The notes under the pieces are model-generated. The model made no database searches. It was given only the letters and a program-made list of their open reading frames with translations, and was not told the DNA's origin. The translations under genes and the position numbers were made by a program. DNA of 63,849 nt, the filler included, from Intoshia linei (Eukaryota; Animalia; Orthonectida): the NCBI GenBank assembly GCA_001642005.1. It is 5 parts of 5 records of this genome, joined end to end, with 100 filler letters (N's around TTAATTAATTAA, not from the genome) between each part and the next. Parts side by side here need not be neighbours in the genome. Positions count along the whole stretch, not along the records: positions 1 to 27,011 come from LWCA01000455.1; 4 more parts are not named here. One strand, 5' to 3'. Shown here piece after piece: positions 1 to 14,123 of the stretch; positions within the stretch are counted from its first letter, which is position 1; each line of letters starts with the position of its first letter.

Positions 1-1748
1 CAAACAGAGCAGCAGCATCATTCCTGGACGTATCCCATGAAACTATTCGCAGGAGGAGGAAACACCAGAGGTTTGATGACTATGCTTACATAAAGAAAGC
101 AGTGGAAAAAATGAGGTCCGTTGTAGTTTACTATGATGGTAAAAAATTCGAACAAGAACGTACTGCAATCGTGGTTGTCGACATTTTCACTAAAATGGAT
201 GTAGTATTGGCCGTCATTACCCAACTTAACGGACAGGGTATAACTACAGCTAATTCCGTCATTCGAACGATAGACGAATGTAATTTAAAAGATCGCGTAA
301 TTGGTATATGTTATACAACAGCTTATAACACTGGACATGCGAGGAAGTGTGTATTACCTCAATACATTTATGAAGCAAGACTTAATACTCCTCCCGTGCC
401 GCAATCACATATTGGAGTTGATATTGAGGTCTGTGTTAATTGAAGTATTCGCTACGTCCGCAACACCGAATATAACAGGTTATGCTTTCATCAAAAAAGT
501 TTCTGAAGCCTACAAGGAAAATAGTAAAACGTTTTATGGCCCACATGAAGTCCCAAAAATCGAGGCTGATGTAATTGATTCAAGGCATGCCAGATCAACA
601 ATTTTATCAAGAGCCAAAAACCTGCGCGACGATTATAAAGAATGTTGTGACCTCTTATTAAATGTGATATTTGGTGGTCGAATAACTCTTAGAAAACCCG
701 AAACGGTATCGAAAGCTCGACGGATGTCAAGTATTTTGTACTCTACGAAATCATATATACTTGGAATCAACCGCTCAAGTCTGATGAAATAATTCTTAAT
801 TTGGATTTTCTATGGCTACTTGCCATTTTGGTTAAAGGCTGCTGACACACAAAATGCGAAGTCCAACGACCTCTGCATGCTCGATTCTTGGAGAAATCTA
901 TCTAGTAGATCTGATATATTTCGAAGAATCTGTAGTACTGCTCGAAGAAAATTTTCACTGCACGACGACTATCTCAATAAAAATCTTCACCCTGTAAAGA
1001 ACGCTCCTTCGGTTAACGATCCCGCTGAAAGAGCCTTAATGAAATACAAAAAATCAATTCAGCTTTTAACAGATGCAACACAGAGGCAAATGATTGTATC
1101 AACACTTAATTTTTAATAATAAATTTATTTTTTCTATGTAACATTTTATGCAAGCGCTTACACTGAAATATGTGTTTTCATCATTAAACTATATATTTAT
1201 TTAATTGGTCTAACTATACGTGAATGATGGTTGTTATTTAGTTAATTAAGCATCGAGCGCTCTGGACTGATCAATCTTTGCACATTCGAACAGGTCATCA
1301 AGTTTATCTATGAATAAACGCCCTTTCTCTGTGTGTGGTGTGACGCTAACAACTTTCTTGTATTATTATTATATTCAAACCAGTCTTTTTGTATATTTCG
1401 AATACTCATTTTGTAGCTCTTCGAAATTGGAGAGTAGATTTTTCGTGTTTCAATGAAATTACCCATTTAATAATCTGACGATTTGTATGTAACTTATTAG
1501 AGTTAAAGGTAAAACCGTTAAAATGACCGACGATATTATTCCCGCTTCCTTGCTTCAATGAAAATACATTATAATCCCCCAAGCAAGACTTAGCAAGTTA
1601 TGAAGCAAGACTTAACAAACCTTGATTAAAGCCTGCGGATCAAGCAGGTCATTTTAGTTAATTTTAAAAACGACATAGTGAATATATTGCTTAAGAGCAA
1701 CGAATTTTCACTACGCGCAATTAAAATTCAGATGTGTGTGGCACCCTA
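1..1748 (+). mobile_element. Degenerate hATm-like DNA transposon (frameshifted transposase, right end)
   Basis: Overlapping ORFs 102-443, 301-792 and 820-1116 carry GICYTTAYNTG, LPCRNHILELIL (CxxH), LRDDYKE, KARRMS and VNDPAER, typical of this transposase class. Terminus CACCCTA at 1742-1748 (revcomp TAGGGTG). Left end lies outside the window. Subfamily name is from recall. Confidence 0.6.
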
Positions 1749-1812
1749 GTGTACATTTTACGACTTATCCATTAAATGTGTACATTTCACAGTTGTACAC
1801 ATTCTATACGAC

Positions 1813-2451
1813 ATATATAGGGCTACGCGATTTTTGTTTGTGTGTGTGTTCCACTTTATTGAAATAACTACTACTCTTAGAATTTTTTAAAGTCTACATT
1901 TCAATTACAGTTTTTTCCGGGACGTATATTAAGATAAATTTCAACCTTTCAATTTCACATATTACGGGTCAAAAACCCCTGTTGTTCCTCTTTTTGAAAA
2001 TCAAACGAGTTGGAGAATTTAAAAAAATATAAACGCTGATGCGGATTTTAAAATCATAAACACTATCATAAATTTAAATTTAAAAAAATTGTATCTTCAG
2101 GGCCAAAACCCCAAATTACCCTTATTTTTTTAATGAAAACAGCTCTAGAATTTCAAAAAATTTCAATCCGAATAAGTGACGACTTGACGGTCAAAAAAGC
2201 ATTTTAGTATTCATATATTTTTTTTCCGAAATATTTATTTGTCCAACTCGTTTGATTTTCAAAAAGAGGGACAACAGGGGTTTTGACCCTTAATATGTGA
2301 AATTGGGAGGTTCAAATTTATTTTATTATACGTCCCTGAAAAAACTGTAATTGAAATGTAGACTTTAAAAAATTCTAAGAGTAGTAGTTACTTCAATACA
2401 ATGGAACACACACACAAACAAAAATCGCGTAGCCTTTTATATAAGTTAGGA
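1813..2451. repeat. Fold-back element made of two inverted 5' arms of the local Helitron family
   Basis: About 1819-2014 is the near-perfect reverse complement of about 2242-2435. The right arm ends in TATATAAGTTAGGAT (revcomp A|TCCTAACTTATATA). Confidence 0.85.
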
Positions 2452-2763
2452 TTTTTAATATTTATTACAAAGTTGCCAGATTTTGGTAATTTATCCCAAA
2501 GCCTAGACGACCGTGATTATTATTATTATTTTGAAGATCCCACCTTTATCTAACTATAAATAAAATTTAATAAAAAATACAATTTCAAACCCTTATGGAA
2601 AAATCGACTTTTACTGATATTTTTTTTAAAAATCCAATTTTACAAAACCTTATGAGAACGATCCACTTAACCAATAAAATAATAAATCCAAGTTTACCAA
2701 CCGTTATGGAAAATCCCCGTTTTTCAATATTTTTTTGAAAAACACGATTTTACTAAATCAAAA

Positions 2764-3113
2764 CCCTGGCGTGACAAATGTGACTTAAAATATTTTAATT
2801 TGTATAAAATGAAAATTTTTTTCTGTGACCTACCAAATTGCATTCATTAAATTATGCTTGTTATCATTATTTACGTTTTATGTAAATTGACTTGTTATCG
2901 GAGTTTAACAGCAGCTTAAGTGAAATTATCGGACTTAAAGTTGTTAATAATCGAAAGAGAACTTGCCGAAAATGTCGATTTTGATGCAGTTGTTGAAAAA
3001 TTTATTAAAATGAAAAATATAAATTATTAGTGATAAAAGAAATACAAAAATTCAAATTTAAATACATTATATGAGTTTAGCACATCTGGTTGAAAATCCT
3101 AGATCCGCTACTG
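2764..3113 (+). mobile_element. hAT (Tip100/ZMYM1-like) deletion derivative with transposase C-terminal remnant
   Basis: Encodes the remnant LSDLKLLIIERELAENVDFDAVVEKFIKMK and ends AAATCCTAGATCCGCTACTG. Homologous inverted copy at 9053-9485. Confidence 0.6.
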
Positions 3114-3242
3114 CTTGCTAGGGAAGGTAGCGAGCATCGAATTCATAATAGACATAAACATAACTATAATCAAGTATTGAATCCAATACAATATATTTAA
3201 AAATCCATTATTTTAGATACCAAGTTAATGTAAACATAAAAA

Positions 3243-4857
3243 ATGTTTAATCCTTTTATCTACAATTCAAAATTAAAAGGAAAGCTAAAGGTAAATATGT
3301 AATAACCACCATACATTTGAGGAAATTCAAACATAAATTATACAATTTGTAATTTATATTTCAAATTTTTATAGAAGGATAAATCTTTAACAAATCTAGT
3401 TCGAAGCAAACAACAAAAACTATTATTAGTGTAAAATGATTAATTATTTTATTTAAAAAAATATATTAGCCAAATTTACGGTAATAAATTGATTGATATT
3501 TTCGAAAAAACTGAAAAAGATACATTTTCTGAAATTAATGAAATTTTAATAAAGTATGACAACATTGGAGTAATTTAATTGAATTTTTAAATCTATAAAT
3601 ATGTTAGATGGAAAAAATAAAATATCGTGCTGAAAACACAAAAAATCATTTAAATTATGAAATTAAGAATTTAAAGTGTAAATTGCAAAACGGGACGAAT
3701 AGTAAATTTATATACAGAGTCGTATTACTAAATTGCAATGTACAAATCTTGAATTTTAAAATTTTAATTTTAAGATGCCGGCAGATCAAATTTATTTTTT
3801 AATTTGTCAATAAGTGACATGATACGATTTATCTCATCAGAGGATGTGAAACTTTCATATAGTTTAAGTTTATTAAAAGTTAGAATACAATCCTGACAGT
3901 TTAATTAATTTTTCAAATGGGTGATATTTGACCTGAATACCATAATTTTCCACCCATGCTTTAAATGAATTTCAATTCAAATTATCAAAATTTGACATAC
4001 AATTCAACGAGTTTTGCGACAGTGCTCTAAAATTATTTTATAATATTAGAAATTGAAAATGAAATTCAAATCGTAAATAATCATGTAGAAAATGTAATTA
4101 AACACGGTAACAATTTGATCAATTATAGGGTAATTACTAATTAGTCATTACAATATTATCAATGTCAAATATAAAATATAAAATCTTTAGAACGAAGTTT
4201 ATCCAGTAAAATTAGAAAAAATAAAAAGTTTAACATTAAAATTAACATTATATGAAAAAGAGTATTTGAAATCTCATCCGAAATTGCTGAAGGACGTCGG
4301 ATCAGGATGGGAATTGTTTAATAAGCATTTAAATTCAAAAAGAAATCATATAATATACAATTCTGTTGAAAATATGGTCAACAAAATACCCCAATATGTT
4401 GTAGAAATTTCTAAAGAAAATAAACATTTAGAAAAGGTAATATTGCGTCCAATTTAAAATTAGAGTCCAGAGTCTGGACTCCAGACTCGTGGAAATGTAA
4501 CTAGGGCTATATGGCTATATATTACGCAACGTTTAAGAAATTTTTTAAGGGTTTTCGGGTAAGGTGCTTTATATGTTTGAGTGTTGGTCATTGTTGACTA
4601 TTAAAGTAAATATAATTTAATTACCAATATACAAATTTACATTGTTTATTTAGCGTATATCCGAAAAAATAGAGGAAAATGAATCATTAAAACAAGAAAT
4701 ATTGCGTATAGAAAAGGAAAATTTTAAGTTAAAGCAATATTGTAAAACTTATAAAAATGAACTGGAGCAATTATTTACAAATGTTAATAGCAAAAAAAAT
4801 GACACCAATGCCAATGATGACATTTCATTTTTTTATAATGATAATTTATTAATTTAA
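3243..4857 (+). CDS. Multi-exon coiled-coil protein of unknown function (weak resemblance to C20orf96/DUF4618)
   Basis: ATG at 3243, a chain of short GT-AG-bounded exons (3243-3290, 3375-, 3470-, 3608-...), last exon about 4654-4857 RISEKIEENESLKQEILRIEKENFKLKQ...*. Middle exons not fully resolved. Confidence 0.55.
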
Positions 4858-4888
4858 TTTGTATAAATTGCTTATAAATTTTCTAAAA

Positions 4889-7800
4889 CTACAGGTTTAA
4901 AATATTTTTTTTTTCAGTCTTGACTAATGATTTTAATATATAAGTGGGTTTAATGTCTTTTTGTTTATCTTTATATTTTTTAAGAATTGAATCATAATTA
5001 GTTTCATTCGTTATTCCAGTTAGAACTAACAGAGAATCGATTTTACAATTATTTGCAAATAATATATCAGTTTCCAATCTAAAAATAATTCAATAAAAAA
5101 TTAATACTTTATAGTGTAGTGTTAAAGGAAGCACGTCTACACGTCAGGATTGAGTATATCCAAGATATGTGTATATGTATTAGTATTATTATAAAAGTAT
5201 ATGTATTGTTATTCTGAAACGGTTAAAAGATATTATTGTAGACCGTGGAGATCCACCAGTAGACCCATATAATTTTTTTTTGAAAAATGGGACGTCTATA
5301 GATTGTTAAATCGATCGTATATTGTCTAAAAATGAAAAATATCAGTTGAAATGGTATTGGTCATAATAAAAATGATTTTTTCCAATATTAATACCTATTA
5401 CTCAATGAGAATAGTAAGTTCTCGTGGTTTACACCAGCGACCATTCCCCTCTGTCGGTCCAGACGTAGAATTTTATGGTAGAACGAGAAATCAACTAAAA
5501 AAATCCATAATACAGTGTTGTGCACTGATATACGAACTATTGTGCATTCATATACGGACCATTTTAATTTTTGATTGTATTGCACTGCATTATATTAATT
5601 TGTACTTAAAATAGTTATTAAACATTTATTTAATTGTATTACAATTAAATTATATTATATTATTGTTAATTAATTAATTATTTAATTATAAATGTATTTT
5701 TAAATGATGAGCAAATTGGCAGATCAGGGAGATAATTTTGTAATACATGTATTTACCCGTTATCCCTCACAAATTAACAAAATTTAAGATACAGAATATT
5801 ATCTCAAATCAAATGAAAAATTTTTGCATTTTTTTAAATGTTGGCTCATTTTATGAGACGTAGGTACGCCTCTTCTTAAATGGCTCTGAGTGTACATTTG
5901 ATTTAATAAATATATTATTAATTAATAATTCATTATAATATACCTATCACCAACCATAAGAACCCGAGAATTCTTTAAATTGAATTGTTCATAAACATAT
6001 TCAAACATGTGCGTATAAGGTTTTCCAATCTCAATGTATGGCTTATCACCACAAATATTTATGTTTTCTTTAATTGAAGCGAATAGTGATCCAGCACCTA
6101 TAAAATTTAAATAATTGAACCATAAATCGACTACATGTAGTACAAAGGCGAAAAAGCGGTTAGCGTTGGTAGCCATACTAATGTTATATAGTATAGATAG
6201 TATAGTATATTAGTAAAATCTAACCTGGTAAATCATTTCCATTTGACATGGGGAAAGATGTATCTGTATTTGTAACAATATATAAACAATTTGCATTGTT
6301 TTTAATAATATAACAAGCCGTGGCAATTTTTTTGTAAGTCAGTGCCAAATCTAATGAGATAATTACAGCAAAAACCTAAAAAATTATAGAATTATAAATT
6401 TTGAAATCAATCTAATCATAATACTGCATTAATACAATCATTATTTTACAATGTCGTAATTACACTGGAGGCATCGATAGCATACTTTCCTTCAACATAG
6501 TAGCTTTCATCAGGCTAAATTTACAAATTAATTAATTAAATTTTTAATAATTTCACTATTACCCCTAAAAAATATATAATTACTTACAGATTGGGAATCA
6601 CTGGTTTACAAAATGGACGACAAAAGTATTAAAATTAGTAGGGTGTCGTTTATTGTAAATATTTAAGGTGTGCTTAATTCCAACGAGTTCCCAGTACCCT
6701 ATAAACTAATTTAAATATTACTAAAGGATTTTCATCTATGATATTGATAACATCAAAGCCATCAGATTGAATAGATTGCATGAAAAATTCCGAACCAATT
6801 ACATACACTTTATCCTTCAATTTAAGATTTGACAGTAAATATTTTCGTGTAATAAAACCAGACGAAATAATATAATTCTAAATAGATAAAACTACAATGA
6901 TGATAATAGATACGCACAATAAATATACGTATATCACGTTTTGTTGCATTATTTAAAAAAGTTCACAAAAATATAAAATTATCAATTTATTTATTTTTTT
7001 GAGAATATTCTTAAACCCAATCATTTTTACTAAAAATCCACTTTTACCAACCTTTATGGGAAAACCCACTTTTATCAACCTTAATAGAAAAATTCCAAAA
7101 TTTTATGTGAAAAAGAGAGGTAAACTGTGTAATTCAAACAATTACGACTGACAAAGGCAAGGCATTTCAAAAAACAATGGAAACCGTTGGTAGTTCCACC
7201 ATATGGGTTAACTGTTGGTTTCACGTGAAAACTTTTATTGAATCTGATGCTTCCGGGATAACTTGTTTAATCTAACTAACTAATCTTTCTATATGAGAAC
7301 TTCATTTTATTTTGTTTGTGATATTGAGTTTTAGCTGTAAAACTGGATTTTTCCCTTAAAGGTTGGCAAAACTAAAATTTTCCTTTTAGGGTTGGTAAAA
7401 CTGGAATTTTCTTGGAACTTGGGTTTTTAAACTTAATTTTGATTTTTAGTGTTGGTAAATTTTGATTTTTAGTAAAAATAGTCGGATTTAAGTAAAAATG
7501 GTTGGATTTTAGTAAAAACAGTTGAATTTAAGTAGACACCCTATTTTTTTAGCATTTCATCAAAATTTACTATTGTATTTTTACTAAAAATTTTTTAGCA
7601 CAGCAGATTAATAAATGTTATTAAAAATTTCATGAATTAATACTATTAGTACTACAATTATTTACTTTATCAATTGTAATATTCATTTTATTGCATTTTA
7701 CAACATATTTTTGAATGTCCTTGGTGGCATTATTTGATATAATAAACACATTCTTTTTCTAAATCGTATACATTTTACAGTTTTTTTTATTTTTCAAATA

Positions 7801-8836
7801 CTTTTAAAAATTTTTTTATAAAGCGCAAAAACAGTAACAGTAACTAGCTCTATAGATGACGTACCTTTCAAAATATATATAAATATAATGTTAAACTTGA
7901 AAAAATAATACAAAAAATCAAACTTTATAAATTTAGTTCATTTTAAATATGATCAATTTTTTAATACAGTACATGTATCAGTAAAATAAAACATTCTTTT
8001 ACTCACAATTTTTCAAAAACCTGTAACATACTTTTCACAAACACTGCTAATTGACCGTGAATTAAAAATTAAACCTCATTTTTCAATTTTTGAAATAATT
8101 CTGGGACACCTTCCAGACAAGAATCAGCTCTCCAAAGAACGCCTACATTAATATAAATAACATACTACGTAAATAAACAATTTTTTATTCAAGTGTGTTC
8201 ATTGAACACTATTCAACTTTTGACCTTGAAGCACGCAATTCCAGAAATTACAGAGCTACCAATATGCTGTGAATTTATCCTGAATCCTAGACGACCGCTA
8301 CATTATTATTTCAAAAACCCCACTATTAATTCCACCATTAATAAAATTCAATAAATAATACCACTTAAAATTCTTAGTGAAAAATCGACTTTTACCAATA
8401 TTTTTATGAAAAATGCGATTTTACCAAATCTGATGAACAATAACTTCTTAATCTATAACAAAAAATCAATTTTATCAACCTAAATAAAGGAAAAAATCAG
8501 TTTTTCCAATATTTTTTTCTTAAATGTTATATATTTCGTGTTTCCTTTGGAGTCAAAAAAAAATAAATATTTTGAATCGGGAACCATTGATCTAATGTTA
8601 TTAACTTTAGGCATATCATTAGAAAAATATATTATTAATATTAGTAAATAGTTTCTAAATTTTTAACCCACTAACACATATATCGTACATTGCAGTTCGT
8701 TGAAAATAAGCTTTGATATATTTATTTCAAATAAAACAACAAACAACACGTAGGTTTTAAAAAATAAATAAAAAATATTTTAAAAATAACCATCGGCATC
8801 GAATAAAACAGTATCGTAGTCATTGAAAATTGACAT
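4889..8836 (-). CDS. HAD-superfamily IIA phosphatase (phosphoglycolate/pyridoxal phosphatase-like)
   Basis: Exons give MSIFNDYDTVLFDADG|VLWRAD (motif I DxD), FIISNN (motif II), IVTNTD..FP, PGAGSL, IGKP (motif III) and MVGDR|LETDILFANNCKIDSLLVLTG (motif IV). Confidence 0.92.
7001..7541 (+). mobile_element. Non-autonomous MULE (Mutator-like) element
   Basis: Long degenerate inverted ends (GAGAATATTCTTAAA... / ...TTTAAGTAGACACCC), 9-bp TSD TATTTTTTT (6992-7000, 7542-7550), and an internal transposase remnant IQTITTDKGKAFQKTMETVGSSTIWVNCWFHVK (D + CxxH). Confidence 0.85.
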
Positions 8837-9052
8837 TGAAATTTTTCTGAAAATAAAAAATAAAGTAAAATAATAGCATAAATCAATATTTAATGCAATA
8901 AATACATAAATAAAAATATATTTAATACAAATGTAAATACATATGATTTAATAATTTAATACTTTACATGGAATACATATCATTATAAATACATGTATAT
9001 CTAGCCATTTACAGTAATAATATACAGTAGTGTTTCCCAAGCGGGTATAGAC

Positions 9053-9485
9053 CAGTGGCGGATCTAGGATTTTCAGCCAGAGGGGACGAAATAATTATTA
9101 TAGCAAACGCATATAATGTATTTAAATTGGAATTTTCATATTATGTTTATTAAATATTTCTATTTATAATAATAATTTATATTTTTTTCTAGTTTTCATT
9201 ATACTAAATTTTTCAATGTTGAACATTCAACTGTTAAGTTGTTCAAATGCATCAAAATCGACATTTTCGGCAAGTGACAATGACAATTTTCGACTATGAA
9301 CAATTTTAAGTCCGATAATTTAACTTAAACTCATGTTACTAGCATAAAAAATAATACATAGATTAATGATAAAAGATCATTATATACATCAAACGTGAAC
9401 GATGGGTACTAGAAATTTTTTTTAATTTTTCACAATGTTAATACACAAATTAAAATATTCTAGGGCACATTTGTCACGCCAGGGA
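9053..9485 (-). mobile_element. hAT deletion derivative, same family as 2764-3113
   Basis: Starts CAGTGGCGGATCTAGGATTTTCAGCCAG. Shares the internal transposase C-terminal remnant and CACATTTGTCACGCCAGGG with the 2764 copy. Confidence 0.6.
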
Positions 9486-9812
9486 AGGAAATATTTTAGG
9501 GTTTTAATTAAATAAATAATAAATAAATAAATAAAACGAAATAAGAATAATAATATTGGAATAAGTGTATAACTAATGTTAAAATTGTAAAAAATTTTGT
9601 TATAAAAATAAAAATTTATATTATAATGCGGGCCGTATAATTGACAACCCTGATATATCTATGGTTCCTATATTTTTTGTAACGATACCCATATTTACAT
9701 TATATATATTTATGTACATTTAATATACTAATTTTTGAAATTTTGCTCTGACTCACTTTTGTCGGTTGGTCAGGGTTAACTATTCGGTATAATATAGTAA
9801 ATACAGCATATA

Positions 9813-11366
9813 CACTGCGTTTCAAGTTACTATGCAAACATTAATCAATAAAATACGAGTTATTAAATTTGGTTAATTTTTTTGATCATATTTATATAGT
9901 CAACTAATAATAATTTAACGTCCCAAGAAAAATGTATTCAAAAAAATGAATATTCGAAGATTTAAGAAAATTTTGTGATTTTTGGAGTGCCAAATTATTA
10001 TGCAAATGAATATTAAACAATAAATTCTTGTTAATACAATTAAATAAATTTTTAAAATATTTAAATAATATAATCCATTGTATTTTAAACCAAATTCAAG
10101 CAAAAAAAATTTAATTAAACTTTACATATTAGTATACCCTTTCCGGGATATTACAAGAAAAATTTGTTTATTCATGGATTTTGTAATGTTTTCATTTGTT
10201 TTTTCAGCGATTTTTTTGATTTCTTTCAAAATTGCATGCCAGAGATCGTTTTTGATTGATATTGTTTATTCCCACTGTATATTTTTTTCATTATGGACCA
10301 TAGATTTTCAATACAACTAAAATCGGGAATTTGGCGGCCAACACATTATTTTTTCTGATCCATAGTTATTGTACGAAAGATATTCTTTTTTATGACGGGA
10401 TACGTGACTTATGGCATTACCATGCATAAACAGGAAATTTTTAAGAAAGCTTTTTCCTCTTTTTTTATCCACGAAAAAAATTAATGTTTTAAGAACGAGC
10501 AGTATGTGTCAGAATTAATTTTGACTTTATCATCTGACTTAAAATATCCGATAATAGTGTTTTTCACAATTCCTGCCCAAATCATTATACTCCCACCTCC
10601 TTGATACCACCTTAAACGGTTTGGTGGTGATCTGTTATTCACTAACTAACCCTTACTCCACGAACCTGGCTCATCTAAAGATATTCTGGTTTCATCGGTA
10701 AAAATTACATTTGAAAAATTTATCTTCATGTAAATTTTACCCCAGGACAGTCGTAATTCCATGTGGCTTTTGGTTAAATCTGGTTTACCTTTAGCTTGCC
10801 TGACTTTACCAACCGTTTTTAATATGTTGCATCTCGTAGTTTTGGGTATATCAGTTAATCCTGATGATTTAAATATTTCTAGAGAAGTGATAAGATGGTT
10901 TCGAACCATTTATAGTTTAATATGGATATATATTTCACACTCCTTTGAATGATCCCTTTGCCTTTCTTTTCTCTTATTAGAAGGGTTTTCTATATATAGA
11001 CGGATTGTGCGTTGATCGCGTTCTAAATTTGAAGCTATTTCATTTATCGATATTCCGTTATCCAACATTTTCAGGATTTTATCCTTTTCGTCAAGGGTAA
11101 GTGATGTTGATTTACCCATATTTATCCTAGTTTGATTAGCATAATAATTTGGCACACTACACATTACCATATTACTATATTAATTAATTACTAAAATATA
11201 AAATGTTAAATAGAATGCTTTTTTAGAAACGTGATAAATTTTTTTGTCACAGTAAAGTTGTATATGATCAATAATTAAATTATAATAAAAAAATTAATAG
11301 AATTAAGTGACTACTTTTTTAATTATTAATGTTTTTAATCGTTGCATAATAACTTGAAACGCAATG
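9813..11366 (-). mobile_element. Full-length but inactive Tc1-like transposon, DD37E (TRT) type
   Basis: About 25-bp TIRs CACTGCGTTTCAAGTTACTATGCAA / TTGCATAATAACTTGAAACGCAATG with TA TSDs. Transposase relic about 11119-10131: HTH MGKSTSLT..., VIFTDETRISLDEPGSW, QGGGSIMIWAGI, FMHGNA (second D mutated), WPPNS(P)DFSCIENLW. 37 residues between the second D and E after frameshift repair. Confidence 0.9.
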
Positions 11367-12643
11367 TATATAGAAAATATATAGGTAGTGTATATAGAAT
11401 TTTCAACATTTTATCAATCCCAAACTAAGAGATATCATGTCATTAAAACAATGCAATATACTGCGAAACATGGGAAAATGTAAACCAGTGTATTTCAACA
11501 GGGTCGCGAGAATTTGAAAATTTTATGAAAACATTTTTTATTTATGTAAAATTAACATTATTAACATTATAAATTTTTGATGTTGATAAAACAAAAAAAT
11601 TGAAAATAACTATGTAAATTATTGAAATGGGATTAAATAACTTATTTCAACAAATAAAATTATAAATAATTTTGTTAATAATTAGTACATTGATTTTAGA
11701 TTGTAATTACTATGATAATTAAAATTTTTCCTGCATGATCAATATATTAATATGATCATTATACTATACATCTGAACGCATTGAGTTTTATCTTCCCCGA
11801 GTATTGGAATTCTTAAAAAAATGAGACCAAAGCCGAACCTACTAAACTCGAGACCACCGAAAAAATTTTTGCAAACTATCAGTAGTGTCATATGACCCTA
11901 GCCACATCTCAAAGTCCCTTGACTTGACATTGAAAATTTAAAACACAAAATAGTTATGAAATTCAAGAAAAATTTTTTGAATGCTCCATTTGAAAGAATA
12001 AAGTCTCTATTTTACACAAATTTCGTCGAGTTTTTGTTGAATTAATGTTGATAAAGTGCATAATATACATACAAATACATATAATATACACTGCATATAC
12101 CATTCATTACCTTGACATGTTCGCATATTTTGGTGGACATCATAATTTACATTTTAAAAAAGTTTTCAAAAAATAAGAAATTTTAATCATTTGAATATAA
12201 CTTAATTATTTTAAATTATAACTATTGTAGACCATTTTTGATATTGATAATTTATGGGAAGAAATAATTATTTTTGTGATTTTTGTATGAAAAGTTTTCA
12301 CAACAAAATTAGTATCAGAAAAAATCACCTTAAAAGCAAAAATCATCTATTAAATAAAGATAAATACTACAATTCATTAAATGGTACTTTCTATTTCAAT
12401 TATCATAAATAAATAAGATGCATCAAAAATATATATAGAGGTCTGCAACCTTATGAGTAGCATGGTATCATTATAGTACACTTTAAAAAATCTATAAAAC
12501 ATTACACCCACGCATACAATTTTTTTGATTTTATGTACATTATACAAACCTCAACATTTACATTATTTAGTCATGTTTACCGTTTCCTTCCAGTTCTTTG
12601 TTTAATTTTAGATTCGAACCTCATGGAATCTATCCGATAGATC

Positions 12644-12950
12644 AGGGCTCGGCAACCTTTTGCATCTCGTGGGCCACTTTTTTATATAAAAAAATTCTAC
12701 TGTTCCCGTTTTTGAAAATGTACACATGATGCATTTCAATTTTGACTAAAAAGAAAAGGTTCCAATATATTTAACAAAATAATATTAAGGGCGATTTGAA
12801 AATGCAGAATTAAAATAATTATAATGAGCCAATTATAGTAGAAAACGTTTAAAACGGTGTTTACAAATTTAAAAATTGAAAAATAAATAATTACATATTT
12901 TCTCAAAGAGTCACCAAAATTATTATGTTGCCACTGGATACCGACCCCTA
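12644..12950. mobile_element. hAT-like MITE (related copy about 17470-17755 in an innexin intron)
   Basis: Ends CAGGGCTCGGCAACC / GATACCGACCCCTA. Internal ATTATAATGAGCCAATTATAGTAGAAA shared with 17646-17671. Confidence 0.5.
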
Positions 12951-14123
12951 CAATAGATAAGTGCTTAAGCCGAAGTATTACAGGCGTGGATACCTAACTA
13001 GGCATATTTTTTTTATTATGGTTGTTTAGACCCAGAAATAACAATGGAAATAAATAAAAATAAAAATATTTGCAATAATTATTTGAAACGAGGTTTAGTT
13101 TATATATTATATATTATTTTAATTATGGATGCCCACTGACCAGTCGTATTAACCACATAATTAGGTGTAATATCTTTGAGCAGAGTCGAACCTTCCATAC
13201 TCTCAAATTGCTCATCGGGGCCTCGACGAAATATTTGCAAAATGGGACTATAATTTTTTCAAATTGAGCAGTTGAAAAAATTTTTCGTAAATTCTTTAAT
13301 GTCATAAATACATATTTAGTGTAATAAATTTAAAATGTCATGTTAGGACTTAATTAATTTAGAGGGTTAATTTGTTACGACCTAAAGCTTTTCTCATTTT
13401 TTAATTTTCGGTTCCCTCGATCTTGGTAGGCTCGACTCTGTCGGTGGAATCTAACATTTTTAATCTTATTTTGAAGAGTTTGTTACAATAACAGATATAC
13501 ATCGTTATCAAAATTTTAATCAATACTTTAAGATTAGTTTTTTATCAAATCAAAAATCAAATTACAATAAATGGAATTTCAAAAAAAGACAAACCTAATT
13601 TAAAAATTATTGCAAGATTTTTTTTTGTTACTTTGTTATATTTCTTAAATATTATTTGTTTTATCATCTAATCTAGCGTTTTTCAAACTCCAGTTTGCGG
13701 GCCAATACCGGTCCCTGTAAATTTTTACTAATTAAAAATCAATTTTTTACGTTTTCATCAAAATTTTTTTTTGTTGCCTAGTAGTTGCGATTTAATGGTC
13801 CGCCATGAAAAAAGTGTGGGAATCCTGATATAATAAAATTAATTTCGAAAATTAAAAATTTGTAGAAATGATAAAACAACCGATGGAATCAATTTATAAG
13901 ATTTCCACCCACATTTCTTTATTGGAAATAGTTTTTATGAAATTGTAGGCTGAATATTTTTAATTGTTAATTTAAAAATTTAAAAATATTGGCTGATAAT
14001 AACGTTATTATAAATTTGTTTTATTTACATTGTACGACAGTTAATTGCTTAAACAAACTCACATACATACATTCAATTTTATACAAGTAAAGGATATGGT
14101 AGCCCTGGTTTATAATACAAAAA

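Noticed and set aside
5122-5879. Possible TTAA-flanked Kolobok-like element with ORFs 5351-5614 and 5388-5585 in a HAD intron
   Set aside because: Terminal similarity is too weak and the ORFs have no recognisable motif.
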